DNA of 64,000 nt. Origin: an uncultured Candidatus Saccharibacteria bacterium (GTDB lineage: Bacteria > Patescibacteriota > Minisyncoccia > UBA6257 > UBA11618). The notes under the pieces were generated by a model. It ran no database searches, was not told where the DNA came from, and saw only the letters and a program-made list of their open reading frames with translations. The position numbers and the translations under genes were made by a program. The stretch covers positions 51,860-115,859 of the forward strand of contig CAYJWP010000001.1 of NCBI GenBank assembly GCA_964373915.1, written 5' to 3'. Shown in pieces: positions 44,232-54,072 of the stretch. Each line of letters opens with the position of its first letter. Position 1 is the first letter of the stretch.

Positions 44232-44268
44232 GTGACAAAACCCCTTATTTTATGTATAATAAATAGGT

Positions 44269-45642
44269 ATGATGACCCCCACTAAAGAAGTGCGGGTGAG
44301 GATTGCTCCTTCGCCAACGGGTTTTTTCCACATTGGTACTGCCCGGACGGCTCTTTTTAACTGGCTGTTTGCTAGAAAAAACGGCGGCAAGTTTATTTTG
44401 CGCATAGAAGACACCGACCTTGAACGCTCAGATCCTAAATACGAGAAGGATATTATCAGCAGTCTCAAGTGGCTGGGATTGGATTGGGATGAAGGGCCGA
44501 TCCGCCAAAGCGACCGCGCTGGCATTTATGAAAAACATATTAATAAACTCCTTCAAAGGAGCTTGGTTTATTACTGTTTTTGCAGTAAGGAGGATTTAGA
44601 GATAGAACGAGAAGCCCAACTTTCGCAAGGGATACCCCCCCAGTACAGCGGCCGCTGCCGCAATCTGTCCGCAGAAGAAGTTAAAGAAAGATTAGATAAA
44701 AATACGCCTTCGGTTCTTCGCCTAAAAGTGCCGCAGGTAGAGATTACTTTTAAAGACATCATCAGAGATGATGTTACTTTCAACAGCAAACTAATAGGAG
44801 ATGTTGTGGTTGCTAAAGATAAACGGACGCCCCTTTACAATCTGGCAGTGGTTATTGATGACGAAGAAATGGGCATAACCCACGTTATCCGGGGAGAAGA
44901 TCATCTGGCCAACACCCCAAAACAAATAATTATTCAAGAAGCGTTGGAGTTTAACCGGCCCAAATATGCTCATTTGCCTCTAATTCTTGATCCCAACCGT
45001 AGTAAGATGTCAAAAAGATTTCAGGCCACAGCTATTGGCGATTATAAGCAAGATTATCTGCCCGAAGCTTTTTTAAATTTCTTACTCTTGTTAGGATGGC
45101 ACCCGGAAGACGAGAAAGAGATTTTTACTAAAGAGGAAATGATAGAGACTTTTAATTTGGAACGGGTGCAAAAAGGAGGCGCTATTTTTGATATGGAAAA
45201 ACTTAGGTGGCTGAATAGCCAATATATAAAAAAAGCCGACTCCGGCTATCTTGCTGATTTATTAAACTTAGAGCCTACACCGCAAAATATTAAAATAATA
45301 AAATTAGCCCAGCAAAGGATGGCTATCCTAAACGAGTTTAAAGATATCTCTGATTTTTTCTTTGATTTGCCGGAATATTCCCCAGAATTATTAGTGTGGA
45401 AAGAAAGCTCTAAAGAGAAGGCCCTTGAGCATCTAAAAACCATTTACAACCTCGGCGAGGATTTTAATGAGGAAAAAATCAAGGCTCTAGGAGAACAGGA
45501 GGGCAGGGGAGCGGTGTTGTGGCCCCTGCGCGCCGCCCTTTCTGGCAAAGAAGCCTCTCCAGGGCCATTTGAAATTATGGAGATTTTGGGCAAGGAAGAG
45601 TCTTTAAATAGAATTGCCTTGGCGATAAAGAGATTAAGTTAA
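44269..45642 (+). CDS. gltX: glutamate--tRNA ligase
   Basis: 'RIAPSPTGFFHIGTARTALFNW' (HIGH) and 'KMSKR'. Confidence 0.92.
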   Translation: MMTPTKEVRVRIAPSPTGFFHIGTARTALFNWLFARKNGGKFILRIEDTDLERSDPKYEKDIISSLKWLGLDWDEGPIRQSDRAGIYEKHINKLLQRSLVYYCFCSKEDLEIEREAQLSQGIPPQYSGRCRNLSAEEVKERLDKNTPSVLRLKVPQVEITFKDIIRDDVTFNSKLIGDVVVAKDKRTPLYNLAVVIDDEEMGITHVIRGEDHLANTPKQIIIQEALEFNRPKYAHLPLILDPNRSKMSKRFQATAIGDYKQDYLPEAFLNFLLLLGWHPEDEKEIFTKEEMIETFNLERVQKGGAIFDMEKLRWLNSQYIKKADSGYLADLLNLEPTPQNIKIIKLAQQRMAILNEFKDISDFFFDLPEYSPELLVWKESSKEKALEHLKTIYNLGEDFNEEKIKALGEQEGRGAVLWPLRAALSGKEASPGPFEIMEILGKEESLNRIALAIKRLS

Positions 45643-45687
45643 GTTATGAGAGTTGGTTTGGTTTTATAAAAAGCTTATTATAAAAAC

Positions 45688-46953
45688 ATGGTCAAGTTTT
45701 CATTTGCCTTTGTTTTTATCTCTATTTTTATCTTATTTTCCCCGCCCATTACTGTTGCTCAGGAAGTATTTGGCGGCACTTCCCAAGAAATAGACTTGAA
45801 AAGAGCTATTGAGGAGAAAAGTAAAGAATTATTAGAAGTCCATCAAAAAATCCAAGAAACGCAAGACAATCTAATCGCTGCTGAAAATAAATCCAAAAGC
45901 TTATCTCAAGAATTAAAAAAATTTAATTACACTATCGGCCAGCTTAACTTAAGTATTAAATCCAATCTCATTAATATAGACAAACTAGAGTTTGAGATAG
46001 ATTCACTTAATCTGGACATCAATAGAGTAGAGGAGGAGATAAAATTAAAAGAAAAAGCGGTAAATAAAATTTTGCGGGAAATGCAGATTAAAGACGGCGA
46101 GGGCCTAGTGGTTTTGTTTTTAAAAAGCCAAAGTTTATCTGAAGGATTGGCAGAGATTGATAATCTAAATCAGATAAAAAACTCCCTGTCTAAGGAGGTT
46201 GCTGATTTAAGCCAACTAAAAGAAAACCTTGACGGCAATAAAAACCAATCTTTACAGAAAAAGAAAAAAGTTGAGGCGGAACATCAGAATGCCCAAGCTA
46301 GAAAGAGGATAACCGAAGAGCAAAAAATAGAGAGAAATGAATTATTAGCTTTGACTAAAAATCAGCAAAAAATTTACGAGGAATTAATTGACGAACTGTC
46401 AAGGAAGCAAACCGAGATAGCGATAGAGATAGAAAAAATCGAGGCCGAATTACGGCGCAAGATTGACCCCAGCCTCCTGCCTCCGGAAAGGCCGGGAGTT
46501 TTAGAATGGCCGGTAGAAAGCGGTTTTAAAAAAATAACCCAAAATTACGGCGCCACCACTTTTGCCCGTTATGGTTATAAAGGTAAATGGCATAACGGCA
46601 TTGATATCGGTAGTCCATTTGGCACGCCTGTTCTAGCGGCAGGGGAGGGCACCGTAGTCAACATCGGCGACCAGGACCGTTTTTGCCCCAAAGGGGCCTA
46701 TGGCAAATATATAGTCATTCTGCATGGCAATAATTTAGTTACTCTATATGGGCATATTTTTGAGCAATCTGTCAACCCTGGCGATAGAGTCAGCAGGGGA
46801 CAGGTCATTGGCTATATGGGCAGCACCGGCTATTCCACCGGACCGCATCTTCATTTTACCGTTTATGATAGCAACACCTTCGCTATGAGAAAAAGCGCGA
46901 CCTGCGGCCCCATGCCATCAGGCGGTGATATTAATCCCATGATATACTTATAA
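45688..46953 (+). CDS. M23-family peptidase with an N-terminal coiled coil (EnvC-like)
   Basis: Signal peptide, about 250 aa of coiled coil, and a LytM domain 'HNGIDIGSPFGTPVLAAGEGTVV...GSTGYSTGPHLHFTVY'. Confidence 0.85.
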   Translation: MVKFSFAFVFISIFILFSPPITVAQEVFGGTSQEIDLKRAIEEKSKELLEVHQKIQETQDNLIAAENKSKSLSQELKKFNYTIGQLNLSIKSNLINIDKLEFEIDSLNLDINRVEEEIKLKEKAVNKILREMQIKDGEGLVVLFLKSQSLSEGLAEIDNLNQIKNSLSKEVADLSQLKENLDGNKNQSLQKKKKVEAEHQNAQARKRITEEQKIERNELLALTKNQQKIYEELIDELSRKQTEIAIEIEKIEAELRRKIDPSLLPPERPGVLEWPVESGFKKITQNYGATTFARYGYKGKWHNGIDIGSPFGTPVLAAGEGTVVNIGDQDRFCPKGAYGKYIVILHGNNLVTLYGHIFEQSVNPGDRVSRGQVIGYMGSTGYSTGPHLHFTVYDSNTFAMRKSATCGPMPSGGDINPMIYL

Positions 46954-47222
46954 CTATCAAATGAATGATTTCATCACAGAGTCATTGACAGCCCTCACTA
47001 GGATGGCTGAACTGGGAAAGGTGGCTTTTAAGCCGATTATAGAGCTTTTTATTATAATCTTGAGGTTTATCATCAGGTTTCTGGAGTACTTGGTTTCATT
47101 AATCTAACTGCAAGCCAACAGCACGTCTAAGCCGACAGCACGCCTGAGTAAGTGTCGTAAAAGGTATATTGGACGACACTCTTTGATTTTACATTTTTCT
47201 CTTTACACTTTAAGTTTATTTA

Positions 47223-47996
47223 ATGTACTTCTCCTCTGCCGAACAGTTCAAGGAATTATGCGGCTACGACATTGATGGCGTTTGGTATCCCCGTGTCACC
47301 AAGATCGTTGAAATTAAAGCCAAGCCCGCTCTTTATAAATATTATGCTGAATTAGGCAGTTTTCAGGCCGGAGAAGATATTAAGACTAAATCAGCCAACG
47401 AAGGCACAATGATTCATGAAGCTATGGAAAAGATAATGCTTGGAGAAAATCCCGAAATAGACCCCTCAATCAAGCCATCAATTGATGCGGCGGTAAAGTT
47501 CTTGGAACACAACTCTATCCAAATTCTTCCCGAGTTCGTGGAAAAAAGGGTTGTTAACCACAACCATCGTTATGCTGGCACTGTGGATTCACTAGCTTTG
47601 ATTGACGGTAAATTTGGCGTTCTTGACATAAAAACTTCCCAATCAATCTATCGCGACTACTCTCTCCAAACTTCGGCCTATATGGACGCTTTAAAAGACC
47701 AATTTCAAAATCTGCAAACCCGCTGGATATTCCGCATTGACCAATTTAAAAAATGCCCGCGATGCGGCTCCACTCTGCGCTCCAAGGGAGGCCGAGATAA
47801 AATCCGCAAACCCTATCCCCTGCCGACAAAATGGAAAAGCTGCGACGATGACCAACATCAATGGGCAGAACTAACCGGCGATATAGAGATTAAAGAGTTT
47901 CCTTATTGGCAGGAAGACTTCCGGGCCTTTATTGGAGCAAAAAGTTTGTGGGAGTGGGAAAATAGCTACTGGTTGAAAAAAATTGGCTACTTTTAA
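47223..47996 (+). CDS. PD-(D/E)xK (RecB/Cas4-like) nuclease-family protein with a Cys-rich insert
   Basis: Motifs 'GTMIHEAMEK', 'AGTVDSLALID', 'LDIKTS' (D-x-K), 'QTSAY' (Q..Y). Cys cluster 'KKCPRCGS...WKSCDD'. Confidence 0.65.
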   Translation: MYFSSAEQFKELCGYDIDGVWYPRVTKIVEIKAKPALYKYYAELGSFQAGEDIKTKSANEGTMIHEAMEKIMLGENPEIDPSIKPSIDAAVKFLEHNSIQILPEFVEKRVVNHNHRYAGTVDSLALIDGKFGVLDIKTSQSIYRDYSLQTSAYMDALKDQFQNLQTRWIFRIDQFKKCPRCGSTLRSKGGRDKIRKPYPLPTKWKSCDDDQHQWAELTGDIEIKEFPYWQEDFRAFIGAKSLWEWENSYWLKKIGYF

Positions 47997-48045
47997 TTAT
48001 CCACAGCCATATAGCTTTACTTTATTTTTGTTATATAATTAAAGC

Positions 48046-48636
48046 ATGGACGCAACAAAGAATTTTATAAATACGCTTCTAGTGGTCGTTGTTCTTTTGT
48101 TAGTGGTGGTTCTGGTCCAGCAAGGACTTTTAGTGACGCCGGAAAGAAGAATAGAGGCCGCGGTTTCTTTTGTCGGAGATTTTGATATGTCCTGCTACAA
48201 TAAACTTGGAAAAACCAACTTCGGCTATACGGCCTTTATTACGCCCGAAGATTATGATGGCGACGGCCAGACAGACAGGTTTAATTTTGACGCCACCGGC
48301 AGCGGTGATCCTAATTTTTACTTACATACAGGCAATTTCAATCCTAGAAAAGTTTTCTTTGAAACTAATAACCCATCAATGTATGAGACCCTCACCTCCG
48401 TCCTTTTTCATCAATTAGATAATTTGGACAGCAAGATAAACTCCCAGATAGAATTGCTTTTAGCCACCGACGAAGGCGGTCCGTCCGTCCAGGTAATTGA
48501 GGATCAGCTCTCCTTACTTCTTGATGAAGAAGCAACGCTCTCAAAACAATTAAATCTTCTCCCTTATTTAGCGGGGCTTGAGGATGTCTCTCTAAATTGC
48601 CTTGACCTTGGTTTAGAAGAAGAATTTATTTTGTAA
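48046..48636 (+). CDS. hypothetical signal-anchored secreted protein
   Basis: N-terminal TM 'LLVVVVLLLVVVLV'. Acidic C-terminus. Confidence 0.5.
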   Translation: MDATKNFINTLLVVVVLLLVVVLVQQGLLVTPERRIEAAVSFVGDFDMSCYNKLGKTNFGYTAFITPEDYDGDGQTDRFNFDATGSGDPNFYLHTGNFNPRKVFFETNNPSMYETLTSVLFHQLDNLDSKINSQIELLLATDEGGPSVQVIEDQLSLLLDEEATLSKQLNLLPYLAGLEDVSLNCLDLGLEEEFIL

Positions 48637-48679
48637 AAATAGAGTTGAGTTTTTCCTTTGTTTGTTTTAATATCTCTTA

Positions 48680-48922
48680 ATGGATAAAAAAACAAACATA
48701 CTAATCACCTTTATAATAATTCTTTTAATAACAACCATCGCTCTTTGGAGGCAGAATTATGTTTTGAAAAAAACGGCGGAAAACGAAAAATCTAATTCTT
48801 TCGTTGAATCCTTAGAGTCATTAAAATCTTTAACCTCTACTCCTTCCAAAACAAAAGAATTGGAAGTGCTTCAAGAGCAACTTAAAAACCTTTTAGAGTT
48901 ACAGAAATCTTTTGGTCAGTAA
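48680..48922 (+). CDS. hypothetical small signal-anchored protein (80 aa)
   Basis: N-terminal TM 'ILITFIIILLITTIALW', then a coiled-coil-like tail. Confidence 0.45.
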   Translation: MDKKTNILITFIIILLITTIALWRQNYVLKKTAENEKSNSFVESLESLKSLTSTPSKTKELEVLQEQLKNLLELQKSFGQ

Positions 48923-48938
48923 ATCCCGCTACGCGGGA
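48923..48938. terminator. short GC hairpin between convergent genes
   Basis: 'TCCCGCTAGCGGGA'. Weak T-tract. Confidence 0.4.
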
Positions 48939-48942
48939 CAGG

Positions 48943-49932
48943 TTAACCGTGTCGAAAGACCATCACGTCTCCGTCTTTAACAAGATAGTCTTTTCCTTCC
49001 AAACGTATCAATCCCCTACTTTTAGCGTTTAGCCATGATCCGGAAGCAATTAGATTTTCATCACTAACTACCTCCGCTTTAATAAATTTTTTCTCAAAAT
49101 CAGTATGAATAACCCCCGCCGCTTGAGGAGCCTTACTGCCACGCATAATCGTCCAAGCTCTAGTTTCTTCCGGACCAGTGGTAAAAAAACTTATCAAATC
49201 CAAAATCTGATAGGCCTTTTGAATTAAAACCTCTAAAGCTTGCCGGCTTTTTTCTCCGCTGCTTAAATCAGCAATAACAAAACTTCCCTCCGGCAATTGC
49301 TTAGTAATATTAATATCTGTGCCATTCAAAATAAATAATTGTTTTTTAGCGGTTAAAAGGCCAAGATTTTTAATCGCCGACTCATTACAAAAATCCGCCA
49401 ACAACCCCCCTTGATCAAGTTTTTTCTTTACCCGTTCCATCAAAGCTCTCTCTTGTAGAGCAGTTTTATCGCCAGATTTCACCTCTTTTTCCAAGCTGGC
49501 TAATCTTTTTTCCACTGTTACTAAATCCTTTAAAATAAGTTCGGTGTTTATGATTTCCAAATCCCTTAGGGGGTCAACTAATCCCTCAACGTGAACAATA
49601 TTACTATCATTAAAACACCTCAAAACTATTAAAATGGCGTCTACTTCTCTAATATAAGACAAAAATTGATTACCTAATCCCTCTCCCTTGTTGGCGCCTC
49701 TTACTAAACCGGCAATATCATAAAATTCAACAACTGCTGGGATTATTTTCTCCGATTTACTTAAATTAGCTAATTGGGCTAATCTTTCATCAGGCACTTC
49801 CACCACTCCCACGTTGGGGTCAATAGTGCAAAAAGGATAATTGGCTATATTAACTTCTTTTTTGGTTAAAAATTTGAATAATGTGGACTTACCGACATTG
49901 GGAAGACCGACGATGCCGATTGATAGTTTCAT
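48943..49932 (-). CDS. ychF: ribosome-binding ATPase YchF (short form)
   Basis: 'IGIVGLPNVGKSTLF', 'NYPFCTIDPNVG', 'DIAGLVRGA'. Confidence 0.9.
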   Translation of the reverse strand: MKLSIGIVGLPNVGKSTLFKFLTKKEVNIANYPFCTIDPNVGVVEVPDERLAQLANLSKSEKIIPAVVEFYDIAGLVRGANKGEGLGNQFLSYIREVDAILIVLRCFNDSNIVHVEGLVDPLRDLEIINTELILKDLVTVEKRLASLEKEVKSGDKTALQERALMERVKKKLDQGGLLADFCNESAIKNLGLLTAKKQLFILNGTDINITKQLPEGSFVIADLSSGEKSRQALEVLIQKAYQILDLISFFTTGPEETRAWTIMRGSKAPQAAGVIHTDFEKKFIKAEVVSDENLIASGSWLNAKSRGLIRLEGKDYLVKDGDVMVFRHG

Positions 49933-49935
49933 AAA

Positions 49936-50544
49936 TCACTTATAATAAACTCTATTTTCTACCCTTAAGTCAATGTAATCAATATTTTTTAGAGATAGCT
50001 CGCCTTTATCTTGCAGCTGTTTTAAAGCAATTAAATTTATCTCTGGATTAAACCTTAAACTGGTAAAAATTTGAAAACCTGCCACGGCTGTCAATATCAA
50101 TTCCTGCCTATCTCTATCAACCACCATCTGATAAATCATTAAATCTTTTATTAATGGGGTGTTAATTATTTTTTTAAAATTAAACCACAATTTTTCAGGC
50201 AATACCTCACCCCCCAAACCGATTGCCCCATCCCCGCCCGTTAAACTCTCTTCTACTTTAATTACCAAACTTCCCTCGGGCTTTGGAGCGATGTCTATAA
50301 TACTACCCTCTTCGTCAAACCAATAGCACTTTTCATTGCCTGCCAACGAAACACACCAAACGCCCATGGATTTGGATTTTGAAATATTATTTTTTACTAT
50401 TTTTGCCGGTTGATTTTGCCAATTAAAAAAAATATAGCCCGATGCTGCTAACGTCAAAAAAAATAATATCAAAAAAAGCAGAATTTTTACTCTCTTTTTT
50501 ATTTTTTCCTGTCTTGTCTTCTTTTCTGGCCGGTAAATTTTCAT
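49936..50544 (-). CDS. FtsQ/DivIB-like (POTRA) cell-division protein, tentative
   Basis: TM near the N-terminus. C-terminal 'IDYIDLRVENRVYYK' resembles the FtsQ tail. Downstream of alr. Confidence 0.5.
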   Translation of the reverse strand: MKIYRPEKKTRQEKIKKRVKILLFLILFFLTLAASGYIFFNWQNQPAKIVKNNISKSKSMGVWCVSLAGNEKCYWFDEEGSIIDIAPKPEGSLVIKVEESLTGGDGAIGLGGEVLPEKLWFNFKKIINTPLIKDLMIYQMVVDRDRQELILTAVAGFQIFTSLRFNPEINLIALKQLQDKGELSLKNIDYIDLRVENRVYYK

Positions 50545-50550
50545 CCGGAT

Positions 50551-51693
50551 TTATTTAATTAATCTTTTAATAAGAGGATTGATTCTGGTGATAATTTCAT
50601 AATGGACCGTGCCTGTTTTTGCCGCTAGCTCATTAGCAGAAATATAATCGTTCCCCTCCCCGCCAATAATAGTCACGGGATCGCCATAATCACAGTTTAT
50701 GCCTGTAGCATCAACGGCAATGATATCCATGGAAACCCTGCCTAAAACTCTCGCCCTTTTACCTTTTATCAAAACCTCTCCGCCACCGCCCGGCGGACCA
50801 GACAGCCCCCTAGCAAAGCCATGCCAATAACCTATTGGAATAATAGCCAACTTCCCATTTTTGCGAGCTCTTTCGGTTAAATCATAACCAATAAAATCTC
50901 CCTTTTTAAAATTTTTAATCTCGCTAATCGCCGCTCGCCATGATAGAACGGGTTTTATTTTAAAATCACAACATTGCATTTCCAATTCTCTGGAGGGCCA
51001 AAGCCCATAAAGGCCGATGCCTAATCTTACTGCATCTAAGTGATATTTTTTCCCCATTAAAGTTCCTCCAGTAGCCGCCGCATGGACTTTTATTTTTTTT
51101 AGCCCTGTTTTTTTTAAAATAGCCACGCCCTTTTTAAAATTATCAAATTGCAAATCTGTAAAAGTCGGATAATTTAAATCTTTAGCTGAAGCAAAATGAG
51201 TATATGCCCCTTTTAAATAATTTAGAAATTCGAAATTCGAAATTCGAAATTCCCCAATGGCCTTTTTAAGATCATTAGGGAGAAATCCCTGCCTGCGCAT
51301 ACCGGTATCTATCTTCAGATGAAACCCCACAGGCTTGCCAAAATTTACCAGTTGTTTCAAGGCATCGAAATTAGAAATGGTGATAGTGATATTGTTTTCT
51401 AAAGCCAACGGCAACAAGTCTGGCAATGTCGGCCCTAAAACTAAAATATCTTTTTTAATGCCCGCCTTTCTTAATGTTAATCCTTCTAGAACGCTATCCA
51501 CGCAAAAACCATCAACCCCACATTTATCAGCTAAAACAGAAAAGTCTAACAAACCATGGCCATAAGCATTAGATTTAACTACGGACCATAATTCCGTTTT
51601 TTTACCTAATATAGAACGAAAGACCCCAATATTACACCTTAAATTAAACTTATTTATCTCCACCCAAGTTTTATATTTTTTAATCTCAGCCAT
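50551..51693 (-). CDS. alr: alanine racemase
   Basis: PLP-Lys motif 'VVKSNAYGHG', C-terminal 'GRVSMD'. Contains an in-frame (GAATTTC)x4 repeat. Confidence 0.9.
   Translation of the reverse strand: MAEIKKYKTWVEINKFNLRCNIGVFRSILGKKTELWSVVKSNAYGHGLLDFSVLADKCGVDGFCVDSVLEGLTLRKAGIKKDILVLGPTLPDLLPLALENNITITISNFDALKQLVNFGKPVGFHLKIDTGMRRQGFLPNDLKKAIGEFRISNFEFLNYLKGAYTHFASAKDLNYPTFTDLQFDNFKKGVAILKKTGLKKIKVHAAATGGTLMGKKYHLDAVRLGIGLYGLWPSRELEMQCCDFKIKPVLSWRAAISEIKNFKKGDFIGYDLTERARKNGKLAIIPIGYWHGFARGLSGPPGGGGEVLIKGKRARVLGRVSMDIIAVDATGINCDYGDPVTIIGGEGNDYISANELAAKTGTVHYEIITRINPLIKRLIK
51225..51252. repeat. perfect heptanucleotide tandem repeat, (GAAATTC)x4 on the plus strand, inside alr
   Basis: Encodes 'EFRISNFEF' in alr. 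Confidence 0.9.
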
Positions 51694-51721
51694 AATAAAA
51701 TCTTAAATAAGTATAACAAAG

Positions 51722-51750
51722 AAAGCGGCCTAGACGTCAGGGGCCGCTTT
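51722..51750 (-). terminator. rho-independent terminator for the 115-aa membrane-protein gene (upstream of alr)
   Basis: Minus strand reads 'AAGCGGCC...GGCCGCTTTCTTTGTT'. Adjacent to the TGA stop. Confidence 0.6.
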
Positions 51751-52098
51751 TCAATTAAGCGCAACAATTAATGTTCTTTGTAAAACGGCGACGAAACACA
51801 TTGCCCACGCAACCAGCACAAGCGCCTTTATGCCACATATCACCCAAAAAGCTCGCCTTACCCAACTAAATCTATCAAATGCTATAAAGAAGATGTAACC
51901 TGCAAAGAAAAGAAGAACCGGCACAACAACAAAAACGACAGGCTTAACGCCAAAAGAACTCATAGCCCATCTAAGTATGAGGTTAGCCTCAAAGGCAAAG
52001 CTCAATTCACTGTAATTATAAAAAAAATAATAAGTAACTAAAATATCAATCACGGACGCAATACCGAAAAACCAGAACAGAAGCGCCTTTCTTCTCAT
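51751..52098 (-). CDS. hypothetical membrane protein (three to four TM)
   Basis: Hydrophobicity pattern only. Confidence 0.45.
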   Translation of the reverse strand: MRRKALLFWFFGIASVIDILVTYYFFYNYSELSFAFEANLILRWAMSSFGVKPVVFVVVPVLLFFAGYIFFIAFDRFSWVRRAFWVICGIKALVLVAWAMCFVAVLQRTLIVALN

Positions 52099-52263
52099 CG
52101 CCGCAACCTCCTTCTATTATCAAATGGCTAACAAGACTCCGGTTTCATTGTAGCAAGTTTAAATAGTTCTGGCAATAGGGGCAAGTTTTGGCTTTACTAT
52201 CTCTTACTTATTGGTTATATTGCAAACAGTAGGAATAATTCAGCCCTTTAACAAGGAGTTACT

Positions 52264-52806
52264 GTGAAAAAGTTACTGAAAACTCTGGTATTTTTTCTAA
52301 TAGCCAGTTTGCTTTTTGTAATTTTAAGCCACGATTTTATTGTTGCCGCTTTTACGGCTATTACTGAGTTGAATCCGGAAATATTTAAAAATTTCTGGAT
52401 AGCAATCAGCGACTTTAAGCCGGTGCAAAATAGAATCAATTATTCTGTCATAAATATCGGTCTCTTTCAAACGCTACTACTGTTCTGGACAGCGGCTATC
52501 GTAGAAGAGTGGGGTTACCGCGGTTCTGTATTCTTTCTGTCGTTGTTTGGGACCAGTAATCGATCACGCGGCTATTGGGCCTTCGTTTGGATTACTTTGC
52601 TGGCACCTACCTATGTTTGGGCTACAGATCACAATTACCCCCTGCTTTATCAGGCCATTATTTTTCTAGGAGGATTAATTAACGGTTTAGGAATAGTTTA
52701 CTTTTCCGATAATGCCCGCGGTAAAGCTCTCGGCATGATGTTGGCAATTTTTCTTCACGGTTTCGCTAACACTTTCTACCTCTTTCTTTTTCATTATTTC
52801 ATGTAA
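52264..52806 (+). CDS. CPBP-family (CAAX protease / Abi-like) intramembrane metalloprotease
   Basis: 'VEEWGYRG' (EExxxR) and 'FLHGFAN' (FxxxH). SD 'AAGGAG' plus GTG start. Confidence 0.75.
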   Translation: MKKLLKTLVFFLIASLLFVILSHDFIVAAFTAITELNPEIFKNFWIAISDFKPVQNRINYSVINIGLFQTLLLFWTAAIVEEWGYRGSVFFLSLFGTSNRSRGYWAFVWITLLAPTYVWATDHNYPLLYQAIIFLGGLINGLGIVYFSDNARGKALGMMLAIFLHGFANTFYLFLFHYFM

Positions 52807-52807
52807 A

Positions 52808-52835
52808 CGCCCGATCAAACTGGTCGGGTTTTTTT
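52808..52835. terminator. bidirectional rho-independent terminator
   Basis: 'CCCGATCAAACTGGTCGGGTTTTTTT'. The T-tract overlaps the serS stop codon. Confidence 0.7.
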
Positions 52836-54072
52836 ACTTAATCTCCTTAAATCCGCAATACTTCTGCAAAACAACCGGCACTTTAATAGTCCCTTTTTCT
52901 GTCTGGTAATTTTCTATAATAGCAATAATCGTCCGGCCAATAGCTAACGCGGTGGCATTAAGCATATAGACGAACTCCGGCTGGCCAGAATTGGATGCGC
53001 GGCGAAAGCGGACATTGACTCCCCTCGCCTGAAAATCTGTGGTATTGGAAGCTGAGTGAGTCTCCCGGTAAGTCCCTTGAGCAGGCAGCCAAGTTTCAAT
53101 ATCAAATTGGCGGGCATCGGTCCACCCCATATCTCCTGCGCAAACCTCCACCACCCTATAAGGCAGTTTCAGCGCCTTAACCAATTTTTCCTGCATAGCC
53201 ACTAATTTCATTAGTTCTTTTTCGGAATCTTCCGGCCGGCAAAAAACAAACATTTCCACCTTATCAAATTGGTGAACCCGTAAAATACCCTTGGTGTCTT
53301 TACCATAAGAGCCGGCCTCTCTCCGAAAGCAGGTAGAAAAACCGGCGTATCTTATCGGCAAATCTTTTTCAGAAAAAATCTCATCTTTGTGCATGGAACC
53401 GATAGAATGTTCCGAACTGCCCACCAAATAAAGGTCATCTTTAGGCAGATAATAACGCTCCTCCTCCTGGTCAGCCGTCAGCCGGCCCATGCCGCGAAAA
53501 ACATCCGGCTTAATCATTACTGGGGGAATCACGGGTATAAAACCCGCCTTAACAAGATGGCTAAAAGCAAAATTTATTAAAGCCAGTTCCAAAAGAGCTC
53601 CTTCTTTTTTTAGATAGCTAAAGCGGCTGCCGGAAACTTTGGCCGCTCTCTGGACGTCAATGATATCTAATTTTTCAGCCAACTCTAGATAGTCTTTGGG
53701 AGTAAATTTTGTTTTAGTTTTCCTCCCCACCTCCCTAATCACCGCATTATTCATACCGGACTTGCCGTGAGAAACATTATCTTGGGGCAAATTCGGAAGG
53801 CGCTCTAAAATCGCCCTACGGCTTTCAGTTGATTTAGCTAAATCCTCCTCCAAAGCCTTAATTTTTTTCTTGATAGTTTTCGCCTGATTTATTTTCATTT
53901 TAACGCTCAATTCTTTCTGCTGAGCCCTTAAAGAATCAATCTCGGTGGTTAGACGACGCCATTTTTCATCAATTTTAACCAGGTCATCAATCAGAGCTGC
54001 CGGCACTTTTTTGGCCGCCAATTTTTCTTTAACTAATTCAGGATTCTCCCTTAAAAGTTTTATATCTATCAT
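52834..54072 (-). CDS. serS: serine--tRNA ligase
   Basis: N-terminal coiled coil 'MIDIKLLRENPELV' and class II core 'FRREAGSYGKDTKGILRVHQFDKVE'. Confidence 0.95.
   Translation of the reverse strand: MIDIKLLRENPELVKEKLAAKKVPAALIDDLVKIDEKWRRLTTEIDSLRAQQKELSVKMKINQAKTIKKKIKALEEDLAKSTESRRAILERLPNLPQDNVSHGKSGMNNAVIREVGRKTKTKFTPKDYLELAEKLDIIDVQRAAKVSGSRFSYLKKEGALLELALINFAFSHLVKAGFIPVIPPVMIKPDVFRGMGRLTADQEEERYYLPKDDLYLVGSSEHSIGSMHKDEIFSEKDLPIRYAGFSTCFRREAGSYGKDTKGILRVHQFDKVEMFVFCRPEDSEKELMKLVAMQEKLVKALKLPYRVVEVCAGDMGWTDARQFDIETWLPAQGTYRETHSASNTTDFQARGVNVRFRRASNSGQPEFVYMLNATALAIGRTIIAIIENYQTEKGTIKVPVVLQKYCGFKEIK

Noticed and set aside
46954-47222. Looked for a tRNA/tmRNA or integrase attachment site in the long AT-rich spacer before the nuclease gene
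   Set aside because: No cloverleaf or tRNA-like acceptor/T-arm could be folded, and no integrase or transposase gene is nearby. Kept only as a repeat-containing spacer.
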